From Eledone cirrhosa (Eukaryota): 64,000 bases of DNA. Positions 41,345-54,222 of the stretch are shown here, in pieces (position 1 is the stretch's first letter; each line of letters begins with the position of its first letter). The position numbers were made by a program, and so were the translations under genes. The notes under the pieces are model-generated. The model was not told the DNA's origin and searched no databases. It saw only the letters and a program-made list of their open reading frames with translations. Location of the stretch: NCBI GenBank assembly GCA_964016885.1, contig OZ024742.1:225494001-225558000 (forward strand), in the 5' to 3' direction.

Positions 41345-41690
41345 TCATCATCATCATCATCATCATTTCATTTTACGTCTGGTTTTTCCCTGCTTGCAAG
41401 GGTGAGACGGGAACTGATTCTGGCTTGATTTCTACAGCTGGATGCCCTTCCTAACACCAACCTCATTTACAGTGAGTGCTGGGTGCTTTTTTTGCTGTGG
41501 CACCTCCACAACCACTTTGCAGTGGAATGACCCAGTCCCTATCATCTCATTTCTACAGCTGAGTAAACTGGAGCAATGTGAAATAAAGTGTCTTGCTCAA
41601 GGAAACACCACATCACCCGGTCTGAGAATTGAACTCACAACCTTTCAATTGCAAGGCCAATGCTCTAACCACTAAGCCATGTGCCTCCGT
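41345..41690 (-). mobile_element. tRNA-derived SINE with RTE-related tail
   Basis: Reverse complement nearly identical to 62518-62860; (CAT)n tail. Confidence 0.82.
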
Positions 41691-42799
41691 ATGGTATTAA
41701 CTCTGATGTATATCCTTATTCAACTAGTTAAAATGCTTGTCCCTAACAATCTTAGCTTTCATGGTAGTTCATCACACATCTAGAAACTAACCCTTTTGTG
41801 ACCATATTTCTAGTGAAATACACTATTTCAATTAATTGAACATTTTTTTTACTGAAATTATTTCATTACTAATTAACTTAACATGATTCTTATATAAAAT
41901 TACATTGGAAGATTTTAATCTAAATAAGGACCTTTTAAAATGGATGGTTTCGCTTCATAGAAATGGCCAATTGTGGCTAGGCTGGTTTCAGAAGGGCTAA
42001 GTAAAAATCAACATGGCTTCCTCTCCTGGATTAGTAACTATCAAAACACTACATCAGTGGTTTCCAAACCATCATGACATTTTAATATGTCACAGACAAT
42101 CTCTAGGTGTGTCAGGAAATTAAGTCAATTCTGACCAATTTTTACCAACATTTGGCCATGAAGTATATTTGAGATTTGACAAGTCTGCATACAATTAGGT
42201 GACTGGTGACATTTAAATTATTTCATGCTGAATGTGGCCTAGTGGTTAGGATGCTGGACTCATGATCACAAAGCTATAGCTTCACTTTCTGGACAGGGTG
42301 GCATGTGTTCTTGAGCAAAATACTTGATTAAGAGACCTCTCCACTTCATGCAATCTAACCTTTCACCACATTTAGTGTTGCAGTACTAGTATTAATGGGC
42401 AGTTTTTTATATTACATAAAAAAAAAAACCCATCTGGTTATTTGATTAAAATCTTCACTTTCCAAAACACTACGACACAGCTATTAAGGTGCAGCTTCCG
42501 TCATTTATTCTATTAAAAGTATAATTCCTGCTATTAATTAACATTAGACATCACTCAATCATAGTCCAACTAATTTACCAGCCCTATGACATCTAAACCC
42601 CATACAAAATACTGCAACTTTCTAGAACTTGCTCACTGCCAACAATTTGCCTACAAACATCAACCTACAGGAGCTCAAATAGAGAACCTACTTCAAAGTC
42701 TGCAAGAGCCTGTAAAAGATAAGAGCACTACAATACATATCTATACACCATTGTTACGCCTACTTTTTCATGATTGCATTGATTGAAACAATCCTCTCC

Positions 42800-43930
42800 A
42801 CTACAACATTCCTTCACCTTCAACATCTGAGATGGTGACATGGGTAAGACGAGTCCCCTTCAACACACCATCTCTCCATTTGTCTCTCTCCTTTGTCATT
42901 TCTGTGAGGTTCAACACAGCTCTCAACTCACCACTTCTGCACAAGTTTTCTTCAGACTTCCTCTTCTGCTTATACATCTTACTTCGTTTATGTTCTTGGT
43001 ACTTCTGGATTTGGCAAGAATAGATCATGTCAATTGTTCTCTACATTGCATGAATGGCAAACTACCACCATGACGGTGTGAACTGTAACAACAACAGATA
43101 TATTCAGCAAACTTACAATATTGAATGTGTTACCGTCACCATTTTATATTCATTGTTTCACAATTACATGGGTTGGATGGGTCCTTCTCAGTACACTTGT
43201 GCTCTTTTGTCATCTCTGAGCTTCAGCAATCTGAGATTAGCATCATGTTGCATGGGTCTCCTCCAGCATAGTTTCCCCTCCACTTGTTGCATTAATTTGT
43301 CTTCTACTGAAGCTTCCTTCCACTCGGATCTCTTGGCAATTCATTCATCAATCAACATCATGTCCATACCAAAACAACCTTTCTTGGACTACATCCGACT
43401 CCTCTTATGCTCAGTTTTTCTCAGTTCATTTGTGTTTCGATGTTCATGCACTTTTAAATTACATAGCCAACAGAGCATGCTTGCTTAATTTATTTCCAGC
43501 CTGTGCATATCCTCTGCATTCACTGCTATGCAACATGGCAGATGATATGGTGGGTAAAGTTTGAAGGAATTTGCCTGCTATTTCTAGCAAGTCAATCAAC
43601 CACGTGGAGGTTCCTCAATTGGGCCATTTTGTTTTCCAATAAGGTACACACTTCAAACAGTCATACTCAAGGAGAGCCAATAAGAGTTTATTCCAAGCTC
43701 AGAAGATCATCCCACCATAGAGCACATAGTTTCTTTAGTGTTAAGTGTCTGAATGGACTGGAGCAAAGCAAAATAAATATCTTGCCGAAAAAGCTGCAGC
43801 TTGCGCAATGGAAATCGTTTCCTTGGTTCGATTCAAGGACAGTGCAATACATGGTACAGGAATCGAACCTACAGCCTTGCGATAATTTTCTCAACACTAA
43901 TGAGTAGTCACACAAACTGTTGTAGATTCT
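42800..43930 (-). mobile_element. Old RTE-like LINE fragment
   Basis: C-terminal ...LNLTEMTKERDKWR... remnant typical of RTE ends; heavily decayed. Confidence 0.5.
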
Positions 43931-44890
43931 CAGAGAATGTTAAGCTAATCTTTTATCTTTAAGCATGAAAGTTTTCAGTTATAGATATTGGAGTGGTTTG
44001 TTCACCGATCAGCCATCATCGGCTCTTCTTACATACCTTACGATGATCGTAACAATTAATCACGAGTTCATTTCCCTTTTTTTTTATATAGTCAACTTAA
44101 GATAATGGTTTCTAATTTCGGTACAAGGCCAGAAATTTGGAGGAAGGAGGTCGATTAAATTGAGCCTAGTAACTGACTAGTGCTTTATTTTATCGACCTT
44201 GGAAGGATGAAAGACAAAGTTAACCACGAGGAGATTTGAACTCAGAACAAAGAGCAGGAACAAATACCGCAAACCATTTTCCCGACCCTCTAACGATTCT
44301 GCCAATCCACAGACCTTAGTCATCTTCAATAGTTAAATTAAGAAAAAAAAAAAAATGATTAAATTGTCATCAAACTTAGTGATAATAGTCTGTATTATTT
44401 CATGATCAGTAGACAGGGTATTTAAACATATGGTGAATACTCGTCAATAAAAGAAACAGAATTAGGTTATGTGGAAAGGAAAAGAGAGAAAAAAAAAAAA
44501 AGAAAAAAAATCGGTTTTGTTAAGGAATGAATGAAATTTTAAATGATCGCTTGAGGTATGTATGGCTGTGACACGCACGCAGCAGTAATATAAATTAAAG
44601 TGGTTTGATTTACATACGCATAATGAATTAGCTAAAAAAAAAAACCAAAAAACAAACGATTATATATATATACACACACACACACTGAAGCGAGTGTTTT
44701 ATATACCAGTATGATTAAAACGTTCAAACATCGACTGAATGAGCACTCAATACATGTGAGCAGAATAAGAATTATTTTCCGAAGAGAAATATAGCTGTGA
44801 CTTCGAAGTTTCAGCCATTGCTCCGCAGTCAGATAAAGAAATAGCTGAAACTTCGATGACACTGCCATATTTCTCTTCAGAATATATATA

Positions 44891-45051
44891 TTCACCTCCA
44901 AAGTATAACAATGTGTATATATATATATATATATTTATTCACTCCCAAAGTATAACAATGTATATATATATATATATATATATATATTCACTCCCAAAGT
45001 ATAACAATGTATATATATATATATATATATATTCACTCCCAAAGTATAACA

Positions 45052-45089
<38 letters not shown>

Positions 45090-45155
45090 TCACTCCCAAA
45101 GTATAACAATGTATATATATATATATATATATTTATTCACTCCCAAAGTATAACA

Positions 45156-45195
<40 letters not shown>

Positions 45196-45304
45196 TCACT
45201 CCCAAAGTATAACAATGTATATATATATATATATATATATTTATTCACTCCCAAAGTATAACAATGTATATATATATATATTCACTCCCAAAGTATAACA
45301 ATGT
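44891..45304. repeat. Minisatellite: 9 copies of ttcactcccaaagtataacaatg separated by variable (TA)n
   Basis: Direct reading; unit starts ~44891, 44938, 44987, 45032, 45089, 45136, 45195, 45245, 45281. Confidence 0.93.
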
Positions 45305-45306
45305 AT

Positions 45307-45354
<48 letters not shown>

Positions 45355-46744
45355 TTACAGTAAAAAGACGATATTAATGCCGTACAAAAGTGGGCGTACA
45401 TCGGTTACTATATATTATATATATATATAAAAATAATGAAAAACAATGCAACGATAATTCACGATGTGATAACAGGGGTGCAATTTTTATTCTTTTTGAT
45501 AAGACATTTAAAGAAAACAAAACAATTAATGCAGCGAAACTTATTCAAATTTTTTTTTAAATTACTTAATTGCAGGTTATCTATTAGGTATAATAATGAA
45601 AAACCAAAGTAATTAATCTGAAATTAATCAGACATAAGCGATTGTCATTTTTTTCAAGAGAACACATAATTCAGCAAAATTAATAGTAATAATTATTTCT
45701 ACTTTTGGCACAAGGCCAACAATTATCCCAGTGCATTACTGGTACTTTATTTTATCGACCCCGTAAGGATGAAAGGCAAAGTTAACCTCGGCGGGAATTA
45801 ATAGTAATAATGATTATAATACATTTACAACATGCATTTCTGATTATATATACATATTGCTTATTGGTGGCAGTTGATTTTAACATTACAGATTGAGTTT
45901 TTGTTTATATATATATAAGTAAAATTATGACTATTAATTTACTGAATGAATGTATTATATATATATATATATATGCAAATACACGGGTTCAAATGAATTA
46001 ATGTATACACTCTGCTCTCTTGAAAGTAAAGAGTACTTATATGAATAGTGGCCTTACTAATTTAATTAGTAACATCTTTATCTCTCTCTCTCTGCATATA
46101 ATGCAACAGGAATAATTTTAATATAGATTGAGAGAGAGAGGCTGCATACACCGTACCATTAATTATGACGTTAAGAATTTCCAAGAAGCACAAGATATTC
46201 AAAGACTCGTAAAATAAATAGAAGCTATTATTTAACGAACATTCGTCGGCCCCACCATTGATAATATATATAAGCATTCTATGTAAAAATGTTTACTTAA
46301 AATACTCGCAAGAATAGTGGCATTATATTATATTGTTAATAAATGACATTTCATTTTTATTTCATTCACGTAAATGTAATTAAAAAAATAAAAAAAATAT
46401 TACAGATTATTTAAAAAATTGACAAAGTGAACAAATAAAGATTTTAAAATTATATATACATATAAATATATAACATTAATGACAAGTTGAGTAATTAATT
46501 GGTTTGGAAGAGATACATAAGGAAAAATCCGGTCTAAAACACACCCACTGCACCAGAATAGAGTAATAGACATAACATACATATACATTCGATGGAATGT
46601 ATTGAATTTATTAATGAAATTTCTAATTAAGATCATTTTTAGGAGAGCGAAAACATATTTGCATACTCATCATTGCTGTATAATAAGCTCTAAAATGTAT
46701 GAAAACGAATAAAAAAAAAAAAAAAAAGGCTTGCAAATTCTTAC

Positions 46745-46789
46745 CTTAAGCCCAGTGCCTAAGACAATAACATCGTAAGTCTCATCCAT
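46745..46789 (-). CDS. GDI: Rab GDP-dissociation inhibitor, coding exon 1
   Basis: ATG...AAG|gtaag; encodes MDETYDVIVLGTGLK, the canonical GDI N-terminus; 45 nt. Confidence 0.96.
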
Positions 46790-48070
46790 GTTTAATAAAC
46801 AGACTTGTGATATTATAAAGTCAAAAGAAATGAAATAGGGGGTTAAAAAAACACACTTATAGCAGTTGTTTGGTCAATTTGGGATTATAATTAGTGAAAA
46901 ATAGGAATTTCTGGAAAACAAGATGGCTGTGAATTGACATAAAAATATGGTGGTCGACGTTGCTCCTTCTTCTGCTGCTGATAGTGGTGACGGTGTTACT
47001 ACTATTACTAATGGTTTAGAAGATGGCGGTGATGTTGCTGCTGATGATGTTGCTGCTACTACTACTACAATGTGGTGGTGGTGACGGTGCCGAGGTTTCA
47101 CTTCTTATGGTTGATGGCGGTGACAATCGTGGTGAAGGCGGGGACGTTTGTATTCATAATTATGGTGGTGGTAGTGTCGATAATGCTGACGAGAATAGTA
47201 ATAATAGCGATGGTGGTGGTGGTGATGCAGCTGCTGCTGTTACTAATGGTGGTGGAGATGACGTTATAGTGGTGATGGCTGGGTAAGATAGTGGTGTTAC
47301 GGAGTGAAGGAGGGAGGGGGGGGGGCAGTGACGCTGTTATTGATTATAGTGGTGGCGATGAGGTTCGTATTGATAATGATGGTGGTGGCGAAGACTGATA
47401 GCGGTGGATGTTGCGTATGAATTGTTTTCACTTAAAAGGAGGAGGAGGGGAAAGTAGTGAGTGGACTACAGTTAGAGTGTGAATTAGTTAACAAGAAAGT
47501 CCTACCACCACTACTATTGCTTCTATTACAGTTACTACCACCACCACTATTGCAATTACTACTAGTATCACAAGTACTATTATTTCTACTACTACAAATA
47601 AAGAGACAGAGAAAGGGTATTTCATTAAGACAATTGTAAGATTACGTTTAGAGATGTGATGCGGCGTCTCTACACGAAAGAACATAGTTCTCGGCTAGGA
47701 AATGAATTTTCCTGGCCAAATATCTATACTTCCACATGTAGTCGTAGATCCTATTTCTTACTAGAGTTATTCCATTATTATGCTAGTTGTTATTTGAATA
47801 ACGAGGGTATATTTATACAATTGAATTTTTTAAAATAACAACAAAAAAAATACATGCTAAAGAATAATGTAATCGGTCTAGAATGTTCGAATCATTTCCG
47901 GGTCATTTCGAATATTTAGTGAACTTCGCTAAAATAATCAAATAAAACTAAAATAAATTTGATGGAAAAACTATACACTTTTTTCGTATTTATTTTTCTC
48001 TAATTACAAATATTTATATAGTTTGTGAAAATATATTGCTTTCAAAATTAATATTGACTGACGGCATTTA

Positions 48071-48098
48071 AAAAAAATGCGATACTCTAGCAAAAATG

Positions 48099-48171
<73 letters not shown>

Positions 48172-48220
48172 TATATATATATATATATATATAGAAATGA
48201 TGTATATATATATATATATA

Positions 48221-48263
<43 letters not shown>

Positions 48264-48288
48264 TTTTGCTAGAGTATCGCATTTTTTT
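48071..48288. repeat. 32-bp perfect inverted repeat around interrupted (TA)n
   Basis: aaaaaaatgcgatactctagcaaaaatgatgt (48071-48102) / its exact reverse complement (48257-48288). Confidence 0.9.
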
Positions 48289-48847
48289 AATATATATATA
48301 TCACAAAGGACTAAAACAGTTAATTATATATCATTGTATTTAGCCTGTCCGAATGGTTTAGTGATAAATCTTATATTCGAGCTGGAATCCTATCTTCACC
48401 TATTTTTGTTTTCTTGTACGAAAACGAATTTTTATGTACTTATTATATAAAACAAGAACCTAATAAAGACTATTTTTCCATCCCTGTATGTTTTATTCAT
48501 CAACTATATATATATATATATATATATTCTTTAACATCTAGAAATAGAATTAAGTGCAATGAATAAATTTGATGTTGATAAATAAAAAAAAAAATGTTTT
48601 TAATGTCATTATTTGTTTTTGTCTAGGTGTTTGCAAATTTCTGTAGACCGGTTATTTTTTTAATCCACGCACAAGTGTATATGTCACACACAAATAACAA
48701 TGACATTTTAAAAACATTATTAAATATATAACTTTCATATATTTTAATTCACTAAGTATATTTTTATTTTCATAATGGCTCATGAAGAGTAGAAAAGGAA
48801 GTAATTTGCAAGACATTCTTATAGATAAAAGCTGCCAACAAAGCATC

Positions 48848-49760
48848 TACCGAAATACGAAAATGCGTTGTTTCATAAAAGAAATGTGATTCGTGTATTA
48901 ATAAATGAAAAAAATCAAACTTTAAAAAAAACTTTTAATATTAGATAAAAGCTTTGGCACACCAATTTAATTTTCATTAGATTTTTACCTCACCATAGAA
49001 AGAAGGATGTAATTGACAAACCATGTCTTTACCGAAATACGAATACATATTATGTCGTAAGGCAATAGATATAACTTTGATATATATATTATTAAATATA
49101 TATTATTAAATGAAAAAAGAAAGCAATTTTTAAAAAATATATGTAATATTAGATAACAATTTTGGCTGTTTATTTAAAAGGTATTTTACAAGAAGATTAC
49201 GACAGCGGCCTTGCCGAAATACGAATACACCTTATGTAGTAAGGCCTTAATGCAACTTTAAAATAAATACGACTCTTGTATTATTTAATCAAAAAGCAAA
49301 CTTAAAAAAATTATGTGGGATATTAGATAACATTTTTGGCTGTCCGATTTATTTTTTTGTTTAATTTTTACAACTGGTCTGCAAGATATGTTTATAAATA
49401 TATGAAGATATGACGTACTGAAATACGAACAAATTCTGTCGTAAAATAACTACAAGTTGTGCATAATTAAATGAAAAAAAAAAGCATGCTTTAAAAAAAA
49501 TATTTGCAATGTTAGATAACATTTTTAGCTGTACAATTTAATTTATGTTTAGATGTTTCAACTGGTTCATGGAAAGGTATTTGACAAATCATGCTTTTAC
49601 CGAAATACGAATACACATTATGTCGTAAAGCATAAATACAACTTTTAATTGAAACAACTAGTGTAGTTAAAGAAAAAGCAAACTTTTTTAATGTGGATTA
49701 TTAGGTAAAAAAATTTTGCTGTCAGATTTAATTTATGTTTATTTTTAACAACTGGTTTGC
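48848..49760. repeat. Diverged tandem array, 5 units, ~182-bp period
   Basis: t(a/g)c(c/t)gaaatacgaa at 48848, 49030, 49212, 49416, 49598; shared ttagataa..tttggc block. Confidence 0.85.
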
Positions 49761-50092
49761 TATGATAAGACCAGCAACAATGAATATTGGCGGAGAGAAG
49801 AACCGTGGTGATGATGATGACAACATCGCCGAAGAGGTCAAAGAAAACCTTACATCTCTGTCAAGATCCACCCAAATAATGCTGTAAGCTACCTTACAGC
49901 TCTGCCAAAAAAATCCACCTAAGTAATGCTGTAACTAAAACAGAAATCAAAACAAACGTGGGCTATATTTTAAAAACTAAACCAAAGAGAGAGTCGGGGT
50001 TGTATTCGAGACATTAACTTCGTCACATATTTTCCATCTTTATATTTCACCCTTTGTTGTTTTTTTCATCAAAGTTCGATTTATTTATTTAC

Positions 50093-50222
50093 ATGGCTGA
50101 TTCTAACAAAAACCAAAAACCTGCAGACGGATGCTGTTCTGCTCCTTCGTCATCTTCGATCTCTATGAAATCGAACAGTCGGGATTCTCACCACTACCAA
50201 AAGCATAGCCGTAGTTCCATGG
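50093..50222 (+). CDS. Probable first coding exon of an unidentified gene divergent from GDI
   Basis: acATGG start context, MADSNKNQKPADGCCSAPSSSSISMKSNSRDSHHYQKHSRSSM(G), strong donor G|gtaaga, CpG-retaining unique sequence; no downstream exon found. Confidence 0.55.
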
Positions 50223-50334
50223 GTAAGATCTCATTTCTGTTCTGTTCCAAACACTTAAACTATATATTTCTGCATATATATATATACATACACAAACAGT
50301 TTAACTTATTCCAAAGTCTTCAAAAGATATCTCG

Positions 50335-50376
50335 TATATATATATATGTATATTTATTATATGCATGTATATGTAT

Positions 50377-50409
<33 letters not shown>

Positions 50410-50460
50410 ATTATATATATAATGTTTATGTATAATATATGTGTATGTATTATATATATA

Positions 50461-50503
<43 letters not shown>

Positions 50504-50628
50504 ATATATATATGTGTGTGTGTATATATATATGTGTGTGTATATATATATATGTGTGTGTATATATATATATGTGTGTGTGTGTATATATATATATGTG
50601 TGTGTGTGCGTTTGTATATATATATATA
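50335..50628. repeat. Compound (TA)n/(TG)n microsatellite
   Basis: Direct reading. Confidence 0.95.
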
Positions 50629-53299
50629 TCACCAACCACTTTACAGGATGTACTGCATACATTTATTGTGGTACTAGCATTAGGGAGTTTGTCGCTAAAG
50701 AGGCCTCTCGATCTTTTGTTTGCCTCTCTTATCAATAACCACTTTACAAAGTGTACTGAGTATTTATCGTGTTGGCCACCAACGCTTGGGAGGTTGTCAT
50801 GATTTCGTTACAATTGAAGAGTCCTCTCGAGCCTTTTTTGTCATGTTTTCTACAGCGCGAAGCCCTTCCTATCATCAACAACCTTGCGTAATGTACTGGG
50901 TGCATTTTTCATAGCACCAGTACTAGAGAGATTGTTGGTCATTGACCCAATTGTAGGGCCCTCATTACCCTATGGATGGGTGCGGGGAGAAGGAAGATGA
51001 TTATGATATGGATGTATGAAAAGTGACGTGGGATTTGACAGGGTGATGAGTATGAGGGGCGGAACGACTTCGATAGTGTGTTTGTGTGGGAGGGTGTTAC
51101 TTCTTAGCCAGTTCTTCCATATTACACCATAATTACTACTCTCATCACCTTGTCCGTGCCCCCCCCCCCCTGCCACTTACCACCTCTAGCGTCCTTAGAT
51201 ACCCCCACTTTTGCACCCTTGATGCTACTTCCTTCACAGCTTACGTATTCTCACCATCACTACATCTATAATGCTATCGGGGTGGGGGGTGCGGCGACAT
51301 CACCCTGTCAAATCACACTTCACCATACACCCATAACTCCATGCTTATCCCCCTTCCCCCATCTGCAGGCCAATGAGGGCTCTTCTGTTGGGATATAATC
51401 ATGCCTAAAATGTTTGTAAGGACCCTTCTGCTGTGCCAACGGTGTGACAACCTCTCTGGTGTTAGTGATCCACTTGATAAATGCAGCCATTACATGCTGT
51501 AAAGTTGTTGATGATAGGAAGGGAATCCAGCCGTAGAAAACTTGCCAAAAAGAGTTGGGAGGACCCTTCAATTATGTCAAAGACATGACATTCTCCCTAA
51601 TGTTGGTGATTTAAATGATAGATGCACCCAGTACATGGTGTAAAGTGGTTGATGATAGGAAGAGCATCAAGCCATAGAAAGCTTACCAAACAAATGGCTT
51701 GGGGACTCCCTCAGTTGTGTCAAAACATGACTGCCTCCCTTGTGCTGGTGCCACAATAAAAAGCACTTGGTAGAGTGTGGGACCGTATGTAAGCAAAAAA
51801 TGCGCGTGCCCAGCCTGTCAGGAATGTCAATAGATGCGCTTCAATACTAACTTGGTCTGTGAAAACCCGTCTAACTCTTGCTAGCAGATGACGTTAGATG
51901 ATGATGATGTTGATATCTGTGTGCTCAGTACCACTGCATTCATACAGGTTGTCGGATATATTTATTTGAAGTTTGATATCTAAATACTTGTGGATTGTAC
52001 CTGTTATGAGATGTTTTGACTTATCTCACTGATCATGAACTACATTGAGCTTAAGACTTTACTGGCATAAGTCTTTATTTTTTTACCTTTTGTACTTTAA
52101 TTTGTAGATGAAGACAAAAGCGTTACTATAAGGATTAACTGACTAATCTTAAAAATAGTTTCTTTATTTAAAATAATAATAATACCAATATATAAATGAA
52201 CATTCAGTATTAAATATTTAATTTCTTTTCTATAATGATAATTGTGGGCAACATTTGCTAACTTACTATTGTCAAATATTGCTAGAATCATCATTATCAC
52301 CACCACCATTCAGCAATTATTTTCCATGCTTACATGGGTTAGACAGTCATATGAGCATGTCATGCTCGTATGATCCATTTTTACTTTGGTTTTCTATGGC
52401 TGGATGCTCTTCCTAAAGTCAACCACTTTACAGGGCGGACTGGGTGCTTTTCTCATCATCATCACTGTTTATCATATATTTTCTATGCTTGCATGGGTTA
52501 GTAGCCAGGTCAGGTGACTACATCTTGCACATACAGATCTGTTCTTGAATAGGTTTTCTATGGCTGGATACCTTGTGTTACTGAAAGTTTTTCATGTGGC
52601 ACTACCACTTTACAGGGTGGACTGGATGCTTTTTTATTGTGTGCCTGGTTTTCCATCTATGCGTACATGGGTTGGATGGGTAAGTTGTATCAGGGGTGCC
52701 ATCATTGTTTAACATCTATTTTCTATGCTTCCATGGGTTAGACAGGTTGTCACATTCTGAAACTAGGCAGGTCAGATGATGGTGTTTCGTTCATATGTTC
52801 CATTCTAAGCCTTCATGGCTGGATGCCCTTCCTAATGCCAACCATCCCACAGGTGTTGTGTGAGGGAGGGATGTGAGCTGCAATTGTAAGGAAGAGTGTT
52901 TGTGTCCTGATAGTATGTAAGTGGTATTATGATGTCCTTGGTAAAGCTAGAATGGTATTGATGGGAAGTGCAAGACCTACATGTTACTTGCCAAAGAAGG
53001 GGATGAGAGACAGAGGTGGCCTTTGAGTGATGTCTGAAGGTACATTGAGGAGAGTGGGGTACTACTTCCAAGCTGGTATAGTTAGCCTAGGAAGGGGGAA
53101 TTAGGAATGTGAGTGTTAAGCAAAGGTAATAGTCATGAAGTGAGGTGAGTGAGCAGGTGACATGTAATAGTATCCTGCAGGAGGTGCATCTATCTTTTAT
53201 GTTGGCACTAGTTGGGTGAGGGAGGAGGAATCTTTGATGTGTATGGAAGAGGAAGACTGGGTGAAGGCTGGGGAAAGAGACTAATTGTATTTCATCCCC

Positions 53300-54153
53300 C
53301 ACTGCTAATTAAGTCACCTTGGTAGCAGAAGCTGTCAACCATGTTAAAAGCCATCAGAGCATTTGATAATGTCTGTTTTATTTGAATATTTGCTGCTTAC
53401 TTCTCTTATGCATCTGCCATGTACAACACCTGCTTTCTTTGTTAGCTTACCTGAGATCTTGCTTCATCTCTTGTGTACTCATAATTTACATTTTACTGTA
53501 TGGAATTTCTACCAGCATTTTTTCATATTGAGCATAGCAATTTCTCTAATGGATTCATAACAGTCATCTTTCCTACTTATTATAACTTTAGTCTTAGCTA
53601 AATTAATTGGGGCCTTTTGATGCCAGGTTTTGCTTCCAAGAATGGATTTCTTCTCTAGTTCCACAGCAGATTCAACTATGAGGACTAAGTCATCTGCATG
53701 CAGGAGTTCCCATGAGTAACTAGTCTTAAACTTCTCTGTTATGGGCTGAAGTACTATAATAGGCAGAAGGGGGCTAAGGACAGAGCGCTGGTGGACACCC
53801 ACCCTCACACTGCATTCTTTACTATACTCATTGTTCCCACTGTGCTGACTGCCTCCCTGTACTTGGCTGACATAGCCCTCACAAGCCATTCATCTACCTC
53901 TAGTTTCCTAAGAGCCCTCTAGTTTATAGAGCGAGGTATCCTATCAATAGATTTCTCCAGATTCATGAATGCCAGGTAGAGGGGCTTATTCTTAGTTAAA
54001 TACTTCTCCTGCAGTTGTCTCACACAGAAGAGGGCATTATTCATACCTCGCACAAAGCTAAACTGCATCTCTTCTATGTTAACTCAATCCCTGTTTAGTT
54101 GTGCTATAACTCTTTCCATAACTTTCATATCCTGGTCCACCAACTTGATACCT

Positions 54154-54155
<2 letters not shown>
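53300..54155 (-). mobile_element. Decayed RTE LINE fragment
   Basis: VRVGVHQRSVLSPLL...WELLHADDLVL; IKLVDQDMKVMERVIAQL. Confidence 0.82.

Positions 54156-54222
<67 letters not shown>

Larger units (their letters stand above)
46790..50092. promoter_or_regulatory. GDI 5'UTR/promoter and putative divergent promoter region
   Basis: Lies between GDI ATG (-) and the putative + strand first exon; CpG-richer; GGT/GAT/GCT triplet-rich tract 46950-47460 and G-run near 47310. Confidence 0.5.

Noticed and set aside
44891-45304. CRISPR array
   Set aside because: Spacers are just (TA)n, there are no cas genes, and the context is a eukaryotic intron
46874-47286. ORFs of 65-87 aa on both strands
   Set aside because: Products of triplet repeats in the GDI 5' region, with no recognisable domain
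50365-50802. Long Y/I/C/V-rich ORFs (also 44856-45212, 48004-48282)
   Set aside because: Translation of dinucleotide microsatellites
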